From contig CBDFJF010000001.1 of NCBI GenBank assembly GCA_965248265.1, positions 2,400,001 to 2,464,000 on the forward strand: DNA of 64,000 bases. Reading direction: 5' to 3'. The stretch's first letter is position 1. Each line of letters opens with the position of its first letter. Both the position numbers and the translations under genes were made by a program. Below, in pieces: positions 1 through 10,083 of this stretch. The stretch is from Candidatus Latescibacterota bacterium. GTDB taxonomy: Bacteria; Latescibacterota; UBA2968; UBA8231. Below the pieces are notes generated by a model, which saw only the letters and a program-made list of their open reading frames with translations, was not told the origin of the DNA and searched no databases.

Positions 1-1
1 G

Positions 2-511
2 ATGGCCGCACAGAAGGCTCAAGAGGATGAACTGAGCGAGCGCCTGAGATTCCAGATCATGAATGCCGAGGACATGACCTTTCCGGACGATCATTTCGAC
101 GTCGTCTTCGGCAAGAGCATCCTGCACCACCTGGATCTGGTCCGGGGCCTGCGGGAAATAGCCAGAGTGCTCAAGGTTGGGGGTCGAGCTGTGTTTTTCG
201 AACCCCTCGGACACAATGTTTTGATCAATATCTATCGCAGACTGACTCCGCGGATGCGGACGGAGGACGAACGGCCCTTACGGGTCGAAGACCTCACCGC
301 GTTCGGCGAGTTTTTCTCCGAGATCAAGATCCATCACTTCCACCTGCTCGCATTGCTTGCGATCCCGTTCTGGAATATCCCGGGACTGTTTGGCGTCCTG
401 GTGTCGTTTCTCGACAGGACCGACCGCCTGCTGTTCAAACTGCTTCCGTTTCTGCGAAAACAAGCCTGGATCGTCGTCGTCGAACTGACGGGACCTCGAC
501 CGTCTGATTGA
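2..511 (+). CDS. Class I SAM-dependent methyltransferase (5'-truncated by window edge)
   Basis: Methyltransf_11-like motifs 'NAEDMTFPDDHFDVVFGKSILHHLD...LREIARVLKVGG'. Confidence 0.85.
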   Translation: MAAQKAQEDELSERLRFQIMNAEDMTFPDDHFDVVFGKSILHHLDLVRGLREIARVLKVGGRAVFFEPLGHNVLINIYRRLTPRMRTEDERPLRVEDLTAFGEFFSEIKIHHFHLLALLAIPFWNIPGLFGVLVSFLDRTDRLLFKLLPFLRKQAWIVVVELTGPRPSD

Positions 512-525
512 CCGCTGCCTGGCCT

Positions 526-1893
526 TCAATCAGCGGACACCAGCTCCGTAAAGGCGATCCCGCGAGCGACGTAGTTGTCGAACAGGCCGAAACTCGCGCA
601 GGCGGGGGACAGTAGGACCACATCGCCGCGGCGAGCCCGTTGTCTGACGGCGGCAACGGCGCTTTCCATGGCTCCAACGGCCACGATTTCACCGGAAAAA
701 CTCCCTGTCTTGCCCATTTCAGCCGCGAGTCGCTCGCCTTCCTCGCCTATCAGGACGAGCACCCTGACCGAACTCGAGGCAATCTCGCGCGCCAGGTCTC
801 CGAAATCTGCTCCCTTCGATGCCCCTCCAGCGATGAGTAGAACTGGAGCGCTGAAGGAACGGATGGCGGCGATCGCCGCATCGGGCATGGTGGCAGCAGA
901 ATCGTCGTAGAACTCGACGCCCTGAATCTGTGCAACCTTTTGCAGTCGATGTGGAAGCCCTTCGAACTCACTCAGGGCGCTGGCGATGGCGTCGGCCTGG
1001 CCCCCCCCGGCCGCCCGGGCGGCGGTGACAGCGGCGACGGCGTTGGTGAGGTTGTGCGGCCCGTGCAGCCTGATGGCACTGAGCTCACAAACCTTCTCGC
1101 GATGACCACCGGGAGGGCGGTGCCATATGGCCTCATCCTCCACCCACGAGCCAGCCTCTACCTCGGTCTCGATGCTGAACGACAGACGCTGAGACGAACT
1201 GCCGGCGGCGAACGCGGCCACCTCGCAACTGTCCGCATTGACTATCAGGCAGTTATCTCGGTGTTGATGACGGTGGATGGATGCCTTCGCCTCGACGTAT
1301 TCGCTCCGACTCTCATGGTAGTCGAGATGATCGGTGAGCAGGTTGAGGACGACAGCGATGGACGGACTGAACGGTAGATCTTGCAGCTGGAAACTCGAGA
1401 GTTCGAGAACGGCCAGATCCAGTGGCGTCAACCCACCGAGAAACTCGATCGGAGGGCGACCTATGTTGCCACCGAGTTCGACACGCCCGTACGGGCTGTG
1501 ACCTCCCAGCATCAACGCTATCAGGCTGGCGGTGGTGCCTTTTCCCTTGGTGCCTGTGATCCCCAGGATGGGCGCCGGGCATCGATCGAAAAACAGCGCG
1601 GTCTGACTGCTGACCTCTACACCGGATCGCCTTGCGGCCTGCAGCTTCGGATGCAGCGCAGGCAGTCCCGGTGTCCGGAAGACGAGATCGAAATCCTCCA
1701 GTCCGTCCAGGTATCCTGGCCCGAGCCGCCATTCGTCGATCGCTGGACCCAATTCCTCCACCGCATCAATTTCACGCTCGTCGCATATCGAGAACGACAG
1801 ACCGGCCGCTCTGAGATAGGCAGCCAGGGCCCGGTGCTCGAGCCCCAGACCGAGCAAGGCCAGGCGTTTGTTGTCGAGGTCAATGGTACCCAT
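526..1893 (-). CDS. murD: UDP-N-acetylmuramoyl-L-alanine--D-glutamate ligase
   Basis: GITGTKGKGTT P-loop, GGNIG, ELSSFQL, DHLDYH, GLPHRL, LLSPACASF; start moved to ATG at 1893. Confidence 0.95.
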   Translation of the reverse strand: MGTIDLDNKRLALLGLGLEHRALAAYLRAAGLSFSICDEREIDAVEELGPAIDEWRLGPGYLDGLEDFDLVFRTPGLPALHPKLQAARRSGVEVSSQTALFFDRCPAPILGITGTKGKGTTASLIALMLGGHSPYGRVELGGNIGRPPIEFLGGLTPLDLAVLELSSFQLQDLPFSPSIAVVLNLLTDHLDYHESRSEYVEAKASIHRHQHRDNCLIVNADSCEVAAFAAGSSSQRLSFSIETEVEAGSWVEDEAIWHRPPGGHREKVCELSAIRLHGPHNLTNAVAAVTAARAAGGGQADAIASALSEFEGLPHRLQKVAQIQGVEFYDDSAATMPDAAIAAIRSFSAPVLLIAGGASKGADFGDLAREIASSSVRVLVLIGEEGERLAAEMGKTGSFSGEIVAVGAMESAVAAVRQRARRGDVVLLSPACASFGLFDNYVARGIAFTELVSAD

Positions 1894-1934
1894 TACCAAT
1901 CAGCCGGTTGGGTTATGCTATATCCCGCCCCGGT

Positions 1935-1963
1935 TTGCGACTCACCGCGGCAAGAGGTATAAT
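1935..1963 (+). promoter_or_regulatory. Sigma70-type promoter for the GT2 gene
   Basis: TTGCGA-17 nt-TATAAT about 105 nt upstream of the GTG start. Confidence 0.65.
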
Positions 1964-2067
1964 TGCCGAAGTACTCCCCCTTTCCCCGACATCCTCTCCG
2001 TCCATGTCCGAGAAATAGGTCTCGACCCGAATCAGATCAAGCTGGAAAGCGAGGTCTCGCTGCGCCC

Positions 2068-3021
2068 GTGAAGTTGATCGTGCAAATCCCTTGTCTGAAC
2101 GAAGAGGAAACCCTGCCGGCGACGCTGGCAGACATCCCGCGCCAGATCGACGGTATAGATGCGGTTGAAGTTCTCGTCATCGATGACGGATCGACCGACC
2201 GCACCGCCGCCGTGGCCCGCGAGCACGGCGCCGACCACATCGTACAGTTCCCACAAAACCGCGGCCTGGGATTCGCCTTCAAGACCGGTTTCGACACCTG
2301 CCTGAAGTTGGGAGCTGATATCATCGTCAACACCGATGGCGACAATCAGTACTTCGGGGGTGACATCGCCGTACTGGTCCAACCGATCGTCGCTGGCAAA
2401 GCCGACCTGGTGATTGGCAACCGGCAGACCGGCGCCATCGGCCACTTCTCGCCCATGAAGCGTTTCCTCCAGGCCTTCGGCAGTCGCATGATCAGTCGCC
2501 TGGCCAGGATCGAGGTCCCCGACGTAGCCAGTGGGTTCCGCGCCTTCAGCCGGGAGGCAGCCCTGCACATGACCTCCTTTACCGGCTTCGATCACACGGC
2601 CGAACACGTCGTGGAGGCCGGTCAGGACAAGCGCGCCGTAGTCAACGTGCCCATCCGCACGAATCCGAAGGCGCGCGAATCGCGTCTGTTCTCCAACATC
2701 GGCGAGTTCGTGCTCAAATCCGGTTCGATCAGCCTGCGCACCTACGCTCGCTACAAGGCGTTAAAGATTTTCGCCTTCTGCGGCGCCTTTTCTTTTGTTC
2801 TTGGTTTCCTGATCGGATTAAGATTCTGCTACTATTTCTTCGTCGTCGGTGCGGCCGATGAGTACGTCCAGTCCCTGATCCTGGCCGCCATTCTGTTGCT
2901 GGCCGGGTTCCAGATGTTCCTCACCGGCATCATCGCCGACCTCATCGCTACCAACCGCGTCATGCTGGAAGACGCTCTCGCCCGCGTCAAAAAAATCGAG
3001 CTCTCCCGTCACGACGACTGA
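2068..3021 (+). CDS. Family 2 glycosyltransferase (DPM1-like) with C-terminal TM helices
   Basis: VQIPCLNEE, IDDGSTD, NTDGDNQY, SGFRAFSR; GTG start at 2068. Confidence 0.9.
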   Translation: MKLIVQIPCLNEEETLPATLADIPRQIDGIDAVEVLVIDDGSTDRTAAVAREHGADHIVQFPQNRGLGFAFKTGFDTCLKLGADIIVNTDGDNQYFGGDIAVLVQPIVAGKADLVIGNRQTGAIGHFSPMKRFLQAFGSRMISRLARIEVPDVASGFRAFSREAALHMTSFTGFDHTAEHVVEAGQDKRAVVNVPIRTNPKARESRLFSNIGEFVLKSGSISLRTYARYKALKIFAFCGAFSFVLGFLIGLRFCYYFFVVGAADEYVQSLILAAILLLAGFQMFLTGIIADLIATNRVMLEDALARVKKIELSRHDD

Positions 3022-4001
3022 CCCCCGACGCCCAGTTCAGCCTGCGTCCGCAGGACAACGGGGGGCAGGCTCCACAGTGAGACCACCACGCCGGATTCCG
3101 CCGGATGCCGTAGACGAATCCGCGCCGAGTGCAGGTGAAAGCCGCCATCGCCGGGCAATGGTGGAGGCTCCTGATTCGTGAGTGGCCGGGGTTGGCCTCC
3201 GGATGCATACAACGATTCACCAACCAACGGGTGGCCGACGGCTGCCAGATGAATGCGGATCTGGTGCGGGCGGCCGGTGGGGATCCGCACCTCCACCAGG
3301 GACTCGTCCTCATCCGCATCGTACTCCAACACACGGACCTCCGAGCGGGATATCTTGCGATCACTCGCTGAGGCATCCACGGCGGCGAAAACTCGCCCGA
3401 GAGGCGGATAAGGCACCCGGCCTATGGGAGCATCAATCGCAAGCTCATCGGCGCACAGCCTGCCATTGACGAGTGCCCGGTAGGTTTTCTCCACATCCCC
3501 GCTGGCGAAGTCACCGGATACCTGCCGCCGGGCGATCTCCGATTTCGCGAAGGCAATCAATCCGGACGTACCGCGTCCCAGGCGGTGTAACGGCGCCACG
3601 GTCTCACCATGGTCAGCGCGCAGCATCCACAACAGTGTATGCTCCAGAAAATTACCGCCGGGGAGTACGGGTAGTCCGGCTGGTTTGTCGACGACGAGCA
3701 GATCTTCATCTTCGAGAACCACGGCGACCCGGGTAGGCACCTCAGCCTCCGACCAGGGAGGCCGGTGGTAGGCCAGCGTCCGACCCTCCGTCAGTACTTT
3801 TTCTGGGTTGTCTGCAACTTGAGCATCGACGCGGATCTGGCCTGCGGTGATACGTTGCGCCCATTCTGCCCGCGTAGAATGGGTGTAGCGCGTTGCGTAA
3901 AAGTCCAGCAGCGAAGAGCCGGCTCCGTCAGATTCGACCCGGTCTCGGTATATCCAACCCTGATTCAATGCCCTCTCAATCACCTCTTTCCTGTCTTCCA
4001 T
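3009..4001 (-). CDS. RluA-family pseudouridine synthase
   Basis: VDKPAGL, HRLGRGTSG, TGRPHQIRIHL, GHPLVGE; start uncertain (ATG 4001 or 4028). Confidence 0.88.
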   Translation of the reverse strand: MEDRKEVIERALNQGWIYRDRVESDGAGSSLLDFYATRYTHSTRAEWAQRITAGQIRVDAQVADNPEKVLTEGRTLAYHRPPWSEAEVPTRVAVVLEDEDLLVVDKPAGLPVLPGGNFLEHTLLWMLRADHGETVAPLHRLGRGTSGLIAFAKSEIARRQVSGDFASGDVEKTYRALVNGRLCADELAIDAPIGRVPYPPLGRVFAAVDASASDRKISRSEVRVLEYDADEDESLVEVRIPTGRPHQIRIHLAAVGHPLVGESLYASGGQPRPLTNQEPPPLPGDGGFHLHSARIRLRHPAESGVVVSLWSLPPVVLRTQAELGVGGQSS

Positions 4002-4082
4002 TGACCTTGTGCCTTGCGGAGACTGCATTTTATTCGTAAATAGTAATAATTATTACATCCAACCAAGCCGAGGTTCACCGAC

Positions 4083-5063
4083 GTGGCCAAACCCAAAATC
4101 TACATAGACGGACAGGAAGGCTCTACCGGACTCCGCATTCGCCAGTTGCTCGATGCGCGTGATGATATCGAGTTGATGCTCATTCCCGACGCCCAACGCA
4201 AGGATCGACAGGCCCGTGCTGACTTCCTCAACGCGTCGGACGTGGCCATCCTGTGCTTACCCGATCAAGCCGCCGGTGAAGCTGTTCAGGAACTGCTCAC
4301 CGACGGCAACACCCGTGTCATCGACACCAGTTCGGTGCGGCGCACCCACGCGGATTGGACCTACGGACTGCCGGAACTGTCCTCCGTGCAACGCCAGGCG
4401 ATCCGTCAATCTCGAAGAGTGGCCAACCCGGGATGCTACCCGGTCGGCTTCATCCTCGCCGTGCGCCCGTTGATCGAGGCAGGTCTGCTGGATCCTGCAA
4501 CCCAGCTGACCATCAATGCTGTGTCGGGATACTCGGGTGGCGGCCGCAAAATGATAGAGTCCTACAATAGCGCTCCAGCGGCCGAGCACACAGGCGACGC
4601 TGGAGTGCCGCTCGCCCTGTACGGGCTGACCGGTCATCACAAGCACGTGCCCGAAATGCAGCTGTTCAGCCTCACCGAGAAGTCGCCCCTGTTCATCCCG
4701 TCCGTCGATCACCGTTATTGTGGCATGCTCACCAGTACTCCGATTCCGGCACAGCGCTTCGCGGTCGCGGATGTCACCCCGCAGCGGGTGTGGGGTACCT
4801 GGCATGAGCGCTATGGCGACGAGCCATTCGTGCGGGCAGTGGCCCCCGACGAGGCGGGGCAGTTGCTTCGCGGCGGCAGCTTTCTCGACCTGGATGGAGC
4901 CAATTTCAGTAACAGAATAGACCTGTTCGCCTTTGGTGAGGCATCGACGGGAATCGTGTTGATTGGCCGGCAGGACAACCTCGGCAAGGGTGCCTCAGGC
5001 AATGCGGTGCAATGCTTGAACCTCATGCTAGGATTGGATGAGCGCACCGGCCTGTCCGCGTGA
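4083..5063 (+). CDS. argC: N-acetyl-gamma-glutamyl-phosphate reductase (type 2)
   Basis: IDGQEGSTG, ANPGCY catalytic Cys, SGYSGGG, DNLGKGASGNAVQ. Confidence 0.95.
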   Translation: MAKPKIYIDGQEGSTGLRIRQLLDARDDIELMLIPDAQRKDRQARADFLNASDVAILCLPDQAAGEAVQELLTDGNTRVIDTSSVRRTHADWTYGLPELSSVQRQAIRQSRRVANPGCYPVGFILAVRPLIEAGLLDPATQLTINAVSGYSGGGRKMIESYNSAPAAEHTGDAGVPLALYGLTGHHKHVPEMQLFSLTEKSPLFIPSVDHRYCGMLTSTPIPAQRFAVADVTPQRVWGTWHERYGDEPFVRAVAPDEAGQLLRGGSFLDLDGANFSNRIDLFAFGEASTGIVLIGRQDNLGKGASGNAVQCLNLMLGLDERTGLSA

Positions 5064-5073
5064 TGATGCACGG

Positions 5074-5832
5074 ATGCTGACCGACAGCCACTGCCATCTC
5101 GATGAATTTGACGACGCGGCTGCTACTCTGGATACAGCCGCGGCCGCCGGTGTCAGCGCCGTTGTTGCAGCGGCGCAGGACCTGGCGTCCATGGAGAAGG
5201 TCGTGGAGTTGAAAACGCGGTTTCCACAGACCGTGAAAGCGGCTCTCGGCCTCCACCCCATCCGCGTGATCGAACACACCGGCGAGCAGATCGACGCGGC
5301 ACTGGAGTTTCTGGCGGCTCGACTGCCGGAGGCCGATGAACTGGGGGAAGTCGGGCTCGACTACAAGTGGGCTGACACCGCTGAGCGCCAACACCTCCAA
5401 CAGGAACTCCTCGACCGCCAGCTGGAAATAGCTCATCGATGCGGCAAACCAGCCTGCTTCCACTCGCGGCGCAGCCAGCGGCAGGTGATGGAGCGGGCTG
5501 TTGCCTACCACCGCGAAACCGGCCTGAATGCTCAATTACATTGGTTCACTCAATCAAGAAAACTGGTCGGTATTTGTAACGAAGAGGGTATCTACGTCTC
5601 GGTAGGACCCACCATCCTCAGTGACGACCAGGCCGGGCAAGTAGCGCAGACGGTGGCTGACAACCTCCTGCTGCTGGAAACCGACGCCCCGGTAGCGGTC
5701 GGGGGGATTCCGGGAACTCCGGCTCGAGCGCGAGCGGTCGCGGAGAAACTCTCCGACCTCAGAGACGTCTCTCTTGAGACGATCTCCGAACAAACACAAC
5801 GCAACCTCGACAGCTTTCTGAAAGGCGATTGA
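5074..5832 (+). CDS. TatD-family hydrolase
   Basis: DSHCHL, GLHP, GEVGLDY, HSR, LLETDAP. Confidence 0.9.
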   Translation: MLTDSHCHLDEFDDAAATLDTAAAAGVSAVVAAAQDLASMEKVVELKTRFPQTVKAALGLHPIRVIEHTGEQIDAALEFLAARLPEADELGEVGLDYKWADTAERQHLQQELLDRQLEIAHRCGKPACFHSRRSQRQVMERAVAYHRETGLNAQLHWFTQSRKLVGICNEEGIYVSVGPTILSDDQAGQVAQTVADNLLLLETDAPVAVGGIPGTPARARAVAEKLSDLRDVSLETISEQTQRNLDSFLKGD

Positions 5833-5865
5833 GCCAATCGCGAACCGCCTTGGCGCTCCCATTTC

Positions 5866-5894
5866 TTGACAGATATGAGTCCTGCAGTTATTCT
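5866..5894 (+). promoter_or_regulatory. Sigma70 promoter of the rfbB-wza-wzz-dut cluster
   Basis: TTGACA-17 nt-TATTCT. Confidence 0.7.
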
Positions 5895-6063
5895 CACACC
5901 TCATCGCTAAGTCGATATCTCTCAACCAATAAAGTCCTATTTGCGCTACCCTTACTTCTCCGTTTGCGGACGAAACCGCGCGCTTGTTGTCCCTCGCGCT
6001 TAAGCCTGTTTCCATCACCATCCCTCGGCCTTGACTGATCCAACGAAATATCACATTGCCTAA

Positions 6064-7068
6064 ATGAAGACGATTCTAGTTACCGGCGGGTGCGGTTTCA
6101 TCGGCAGCAACTTCGTCCGTCATGTGATGACCTGTTACGAGGACTACCGCGTCGTCAACCTGGACAAGCTCACCTACGCCGGGAATCCCGCCAACCTGGC
6201 AGACCTTGCTGAGGACCCTCGCTACCGCTTCGTCCACGGCGATATCTGTGACCAGAAAACCGTCGACCCGCTGGTCCGGGAGAGTGACTTCGTCGTCAAC
6301 TTCGCCGCCGAGAGCCATGTAGACCGCAGCATCATGGGCGGTGCCGAGTTCGTCCAGACAGACGTGTACGGCACCTATGTCTTGCTGGAATGTGCCCGGC
6401 TTCATGAAGTAGAGCGTTTTCTTCAGATCAGTACGGACGAGGTCTACGGCAGTGTCGAAGAGGGAGCGTGGACGGAGTCGAGCCCGCTGGAACCACGCAA
6501 CCCGTATTCAGCCAGCAAGGCCAGCGCCGAACTACTGGTGCGCGCCTACCACATTACGCACGATCTGCCAACCCTGATCACGCGAGCCTCGAACAACATC
6601 GGACCGTTCCAGTACCCGGAAAAGCGAGTTCCGTTGTACATCGCCAATGCCATCGACGACGAGTCCTTGCCGGTGTACGGCGACGGCATGCAGGTGCGTG
6701 ATCACCTGCTCGTCAACGATCACTGCTCCGCCATCGATCTTGTTCTGCATGGTGGAGTCATCGGCGAGGTGTACAACATCGGCGGTGAGAATGATGCCAC
6801 CGGCATCGACGTAGCCCGCGCCATCCTGCAACGGCTCGGCAAGCCGGAGAGCCTGATCCAGTTCGTCAAGGATCGCGCCGGTCACGATCAACGATACGCC
6901 CTGGATTCGAGCAAGGTCGGCGCCCTGGGGTGGGCTCCCGAACACGATTTCGAGGCCGCCATGAATCAGACCATAGACTGGTACGTGGCCAATGAGGGGT
7001 GGTGGAGACAGATTAAGGCGAGTGAAGAGTATCGACAATACTACGAACGCCAGTACAAGAACCGCTGA
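6064..7068 (+). CDS. rfbB: dTDP-glucose 4,6-dehydratase
   Basis: TGGCGFIGSNF, DKLTYAGN, FAAESHVDRSI, STDEVYG, YSASK, GHDQRY. Confidence 0.96.
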   Translation: MKTILVTGGCGFIGSNFVRHVMTCYEDYRVVNLDKLTYAGNPANLADLAEDPRYRFVHGDICDQKTVDPLVRESDFVVNFAAESHVDRSIMGGAEFVQTDVYGTYVLLECARLHEVERFLQISTDEVYGSVEEGAWTESSPLEPRNPYSASKASAELLVRAYHITHDLPTLITRASNNIGPFQYPEKRVPLYIANAIDDESLPVYGDGMQVRDHLLVNDHCSAIDLVLHGGVIGEVYNIGGENDATGIDVARAILQRLGKPESLIQFVKDRAGHDQRYALDSSKVGALGWAPEHDFEAAMNQTIDWYVANEGWWRQIKASEEYRQYYERQYKNR

Positions 7069-7114
7069 ATACACGATTGATCAACCCTGAGTATTGCTCC
7101 ATGGGAGAAACCGT

Positions 7115-8881
7115 ATGACCCGGTGGAAACTTAGTTGGCTAGGAGTGTCCCTTCTGTCGTTCCTCATCCTCTTCCCGTGCGCGGTCTCCGCCCAGGATCT
7201 GGAGGAACTGCTCGCGGAGAGCGAAGAAGAGGAGGAGGAACTGCGCAGTCGTCAGACCGAGGAAGTCATCGGCCCGGAAGAGGAGGGCCCCGGGGCGAGA
7301 ATTCGGTTGCCCAAGGGTGAGGAACGGGAACGCTTGCGCATCAGTCAGGACCGCCAGATCGATCCTGAGACCTATATCATCGGCCCGGGCGACCAGCTTC
7401 AGCTCTATATCTGGGGCGAATTCGATCAGGCAGTTCCCTTCGAGGTCAATCCCGAGGGTTTCGCGCTAGTTCCGACTATTGGATCGTTTCACGTCGCCAA
7501 CCAGTCACTCGCTGACATCAGGCACAAGATCATCACTGCTGCGCAGCGCGACCAGTATCCTGGGGTCGAGATAACCCTGACACTGATCAGCATGAGGTTC
7601 TTCACCGTCTACCTCACTGGAGCGGTGGCCACCGAAGGGGGCCATGTCGTGCACCCGATGACAAGGGTGTCGGATCTGATCGAATTCGGTGGTGGTTTCA
7701 GCGACGACCTGCGCGGAACGATCGAAGAGACCCTCGGCGGTCGAAAGATCACGCGCGCGCATCGTGGCCAATCCCAACCCACCGCGCGCAGAGCCGTCCG
7801 AATCATCCACGAGGACGGCACGACGGAAGTCATCGACTTGCAGATGTTCAACTATACGGGTGAGCTGAAGCACAATCCCTACGTTCGCATGGGGGATCGG
7901 GTTCATGTGCCGTATCGCATCGAATCCGTCTACATCTATGGTGCCGTGAATGAAGAGGGTGCCAAAGAATACAGAAGGGGCGATACCGTCAGCGATCTGG
8001 TGATTCTGGCAGCGGGACAGAACGGGACCATACCCCTCGACCACGCTGAACTGTGGAGATTTGAGGGAGACGGCAAGACGACACTGGTGATCCCATTGCT
8101 GCAGCCTCAAGAGCCGGGATCGGAGAAGTACTACATGATAGACGATCTCCACGACATCCCCCTCGAACCGGATGACATGGTCTTTCTGCGGACTCGCTCA
8201 GAGTGGAACATGTCCCCGAACGTGTCGATCCACGGCGAGATCAAGTACCGGGGCCGCTACCGCATCTATCGGGGCGAAACCCGCCTCCTCGACATCATAG
8301 AGCTGGCGGGAGGACTCGCAGAACGAGCCTCGCTCAAGGATGCCAAGGTCATCCGCGTCAAGCTCCGAGGGCTGGCGGACCCCGAACTCCAACGTCTATA
8401 CCAACTGCAACGCACCGGCGGTAGCTTGAACCCGGAGGAAAGGGCCTACCTGAAGACCAAGGCACGCTCGGAGCGCGGGCGTATCGCTCTTGATTTCGAC
8501 AGGCTCATGGAAGGCGACGAATCGCAGAACATCGTGCTGGAGGGAGGCGACGCCATCCTCATACCCGAGAGGCGGCTGACCGTAAACGTGAGCGGACAAT
8601 TCAACAAACCGGGTCTGATTGACTACGAAGAGGGTCGCACGGCGGGATTCTACCTGGAACAGGCAGGTGGGTACTCATTCCGAGCCAATAAAGGATTGGG
8701 ACGCTTGATCAGCGCCCGCACCGGGCAGAGGGAAGACCTGGACATGGACCGGGTCGTCGAGCCCGGTGACGAAATCTGGGTGCCGGAGAATGAATACCGG
8801 GATTGGTGGAGGCTTACTCGGGAGACGATGACCGTCATCGCCCAGACCCTCACGCTGGTAGTTCTTGTCAGGGCCTTCTAG
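7115..8881 (+). CDS. Polysaccharide export protein with multiple SLBB domains (Wza/KpsD-like)
   Basis: Signal peptide, YIIGPGDQL Poly_export motif, repeated 'V..G.V...G' and 'LAGG' SLBB units. Confidence 0.88.
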   Translation: MTRWKLSWLGVSLLSFLILFPCAVSAQDLEELLAESEEEEEELRSRQTEEVIGPEEEGPGARIRLPKGEERERLRISQDRQIDPETYIIGPGDQLQLYIWGEFDQAVPFEVNPEGFALVPTIGSFHVANQSLADIRHKIITAAQRDQYPGVEITLTLISMRFFTVYLTGAVATEGGHVVHPMTRVSDLIEFGGGFSDDLRGTIEETLGGRKITRAHRGQSQPTARRAVRIIHEDGTTEVIDLQMFNYTGELKHNPYVRMGDRVHVPYRIESVYIYGAVNEEGAKEYRRGDTVSDLVILAAGQNGTIPLDHAELWRFEGDGKTTLVIPLLQPQEPGSEKYYMIDDLHDIPLEPDDMVFLRTRSEWNMSPNVSIHGEIKYRGRYRIYRGETRLLDIIELAGGLAERASLKDAKVIRVKLRGLADPELQRLYQLQRTGGSLNPEERAYLKTKARSERGRIALDFDRLMEGDESQNIVLEGGDAILIPERRLTVNVSGQFNKPGLIDYEEGRTAGFYLEQAGGYSFRANKGLGRLISARTGQREDLDMDRVVEPGDEIWVPENEYRDWWRLTRETMTVIAQTLTLVVLVRAF

Positions 8882-8895
8882 GGAGTTTTCTCAAT

Positions 8896-10083
8896 ATGAA
8901 CGAACCCAAAATCGACGTTCTGGATCTGATAGCCGCGCTCAATGCGGGGAAGCGACGGATCATCGGCGGTACCTTGATCGTCTGTCTGTTGGCTGCTGTG
9001 GTCACCCTGTTCCTGCCAAACGAATACGAAGCGACTGTCCAATTGTTGCCGCCCAAGGATCAAAAGAAAGGATTCGGCTTCGCTGATCTTTTGGCGGATC
9101 TGCCGATTCCGTCGCTGAAGCTCGGCGAAAAAGGGACGCCGGCGGACATTTTCATCGCCATCCTCAAGAGCCCAACCCTGCGGCGCCGCATGGTTAGGCA
9201 GTTCGACCTGATGGAGGCGTATGAAGCGGAATTGATGACGGACGCCATCGATGTCCTCGAATCGAAAACGGATATAGGCAAGAGCGAAGAGGGTACCATC
9301 CTGATCTCCGTATTCGACCAGGATCCCGAGAAGTCGGCGACGATGGCCAATCGCTATGTGATCATGTTGGACAGTACCAACCAGGAGCTGTCGCGCTCGA
9401 CCGCCAGGGAGCGACTGGGGTTCATCGAATTGCTCGAGGACAATGAAGGCATCAAACTCGATTCTGCCATGGTGCGGTTGCAGCGGTTTCAGGAAGACCA
9501 CAACGCCATCTCGATCACGGAGCAGGCGCGAGCAGTGATTCGCGCTTCCGCGGAAATGCAGATGGCGGCGATGGAGCTGGAGATCGAGAAAGAGGGCCTG
9601 TTGCGCTCCGGGTTCTCGCCCAGACACCCGGAAGTCCTGCGCCTGGAGCAGGAGAGTGTTATGCGTCAGGAGGGACTCAAGTACCTTCGAGATGGCGAGC
9701 GTCGAGTGGATGGCGTTACTCCCTTGCTGCATCTTGAGGAAAACCTGTTCCTGCCCCTGCGGCAGATCCCGAAAACGGCGCAGCAGTACGCCCACATCGA
9801 GAAGGACGTCATCGTTCAGAGCGCCCTGATGAAGCTATTGCTGGAGCAGAAGGCGGAAGCGTTGATCGAGCAGGAAAACATAGTCAGCACGATTCAGGTG
9901 CTGGACATAGCCATCGTCCCCGAGAAGAAAGCACGACCCCGGCGACTGCTCATCGTCTTCATCGCTGCCGTGTTCAGCGCCTTCGCCACCACGTTCTACG
10001 TCCTGGCTGCCACCTACGTGCGCGAACTGAGCAACCGCTGGCACACCGAGCACGGCGCGAACCGGGAAATGACCTCCACGTGA
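8896..10083 (+). CDS. Polysaccharide chain-length determinant (Wzz/GumC family)
   Basis: Two TM helices flanking a coiled coil; 'VLDIAIVPEKKARPRR' Pro-rich motif before TM2. Confidence 0.85.
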   Translation: MNEPKIDVLDLIAALNAGKRRIIGGTLIVCLLAAVVTLFLPNEYEATVQLLPPKDQKKGFGFADLLADLPIPSLKLGEKGTPADIFIAILKSPTLRRRMVRQFDLMEAYEAELMTDAIDVLESKTDIGKSEEGTILISVFDQDPEKSATMANRYVIMLDSTNQELSRSTARERLGFIELLEDNEGIKLDSAMVRLQRFQEDHNAISITEQARAVIRASAEMQMAAMELEIEKEGLLRSGFSPRHPEVLRLEQESVMRQEGLKYLRDGERRVDGVTPLLHLEENLFLPLRQIPKTAQQYAHIEKDVIVQSALMKLLLEQKAEALIEQENIVSTIQVLDIAIVPEKKARPRRLLIVFIAAVFSAFATTFYVLAATYVRELSNRWHTEHGANREMTST

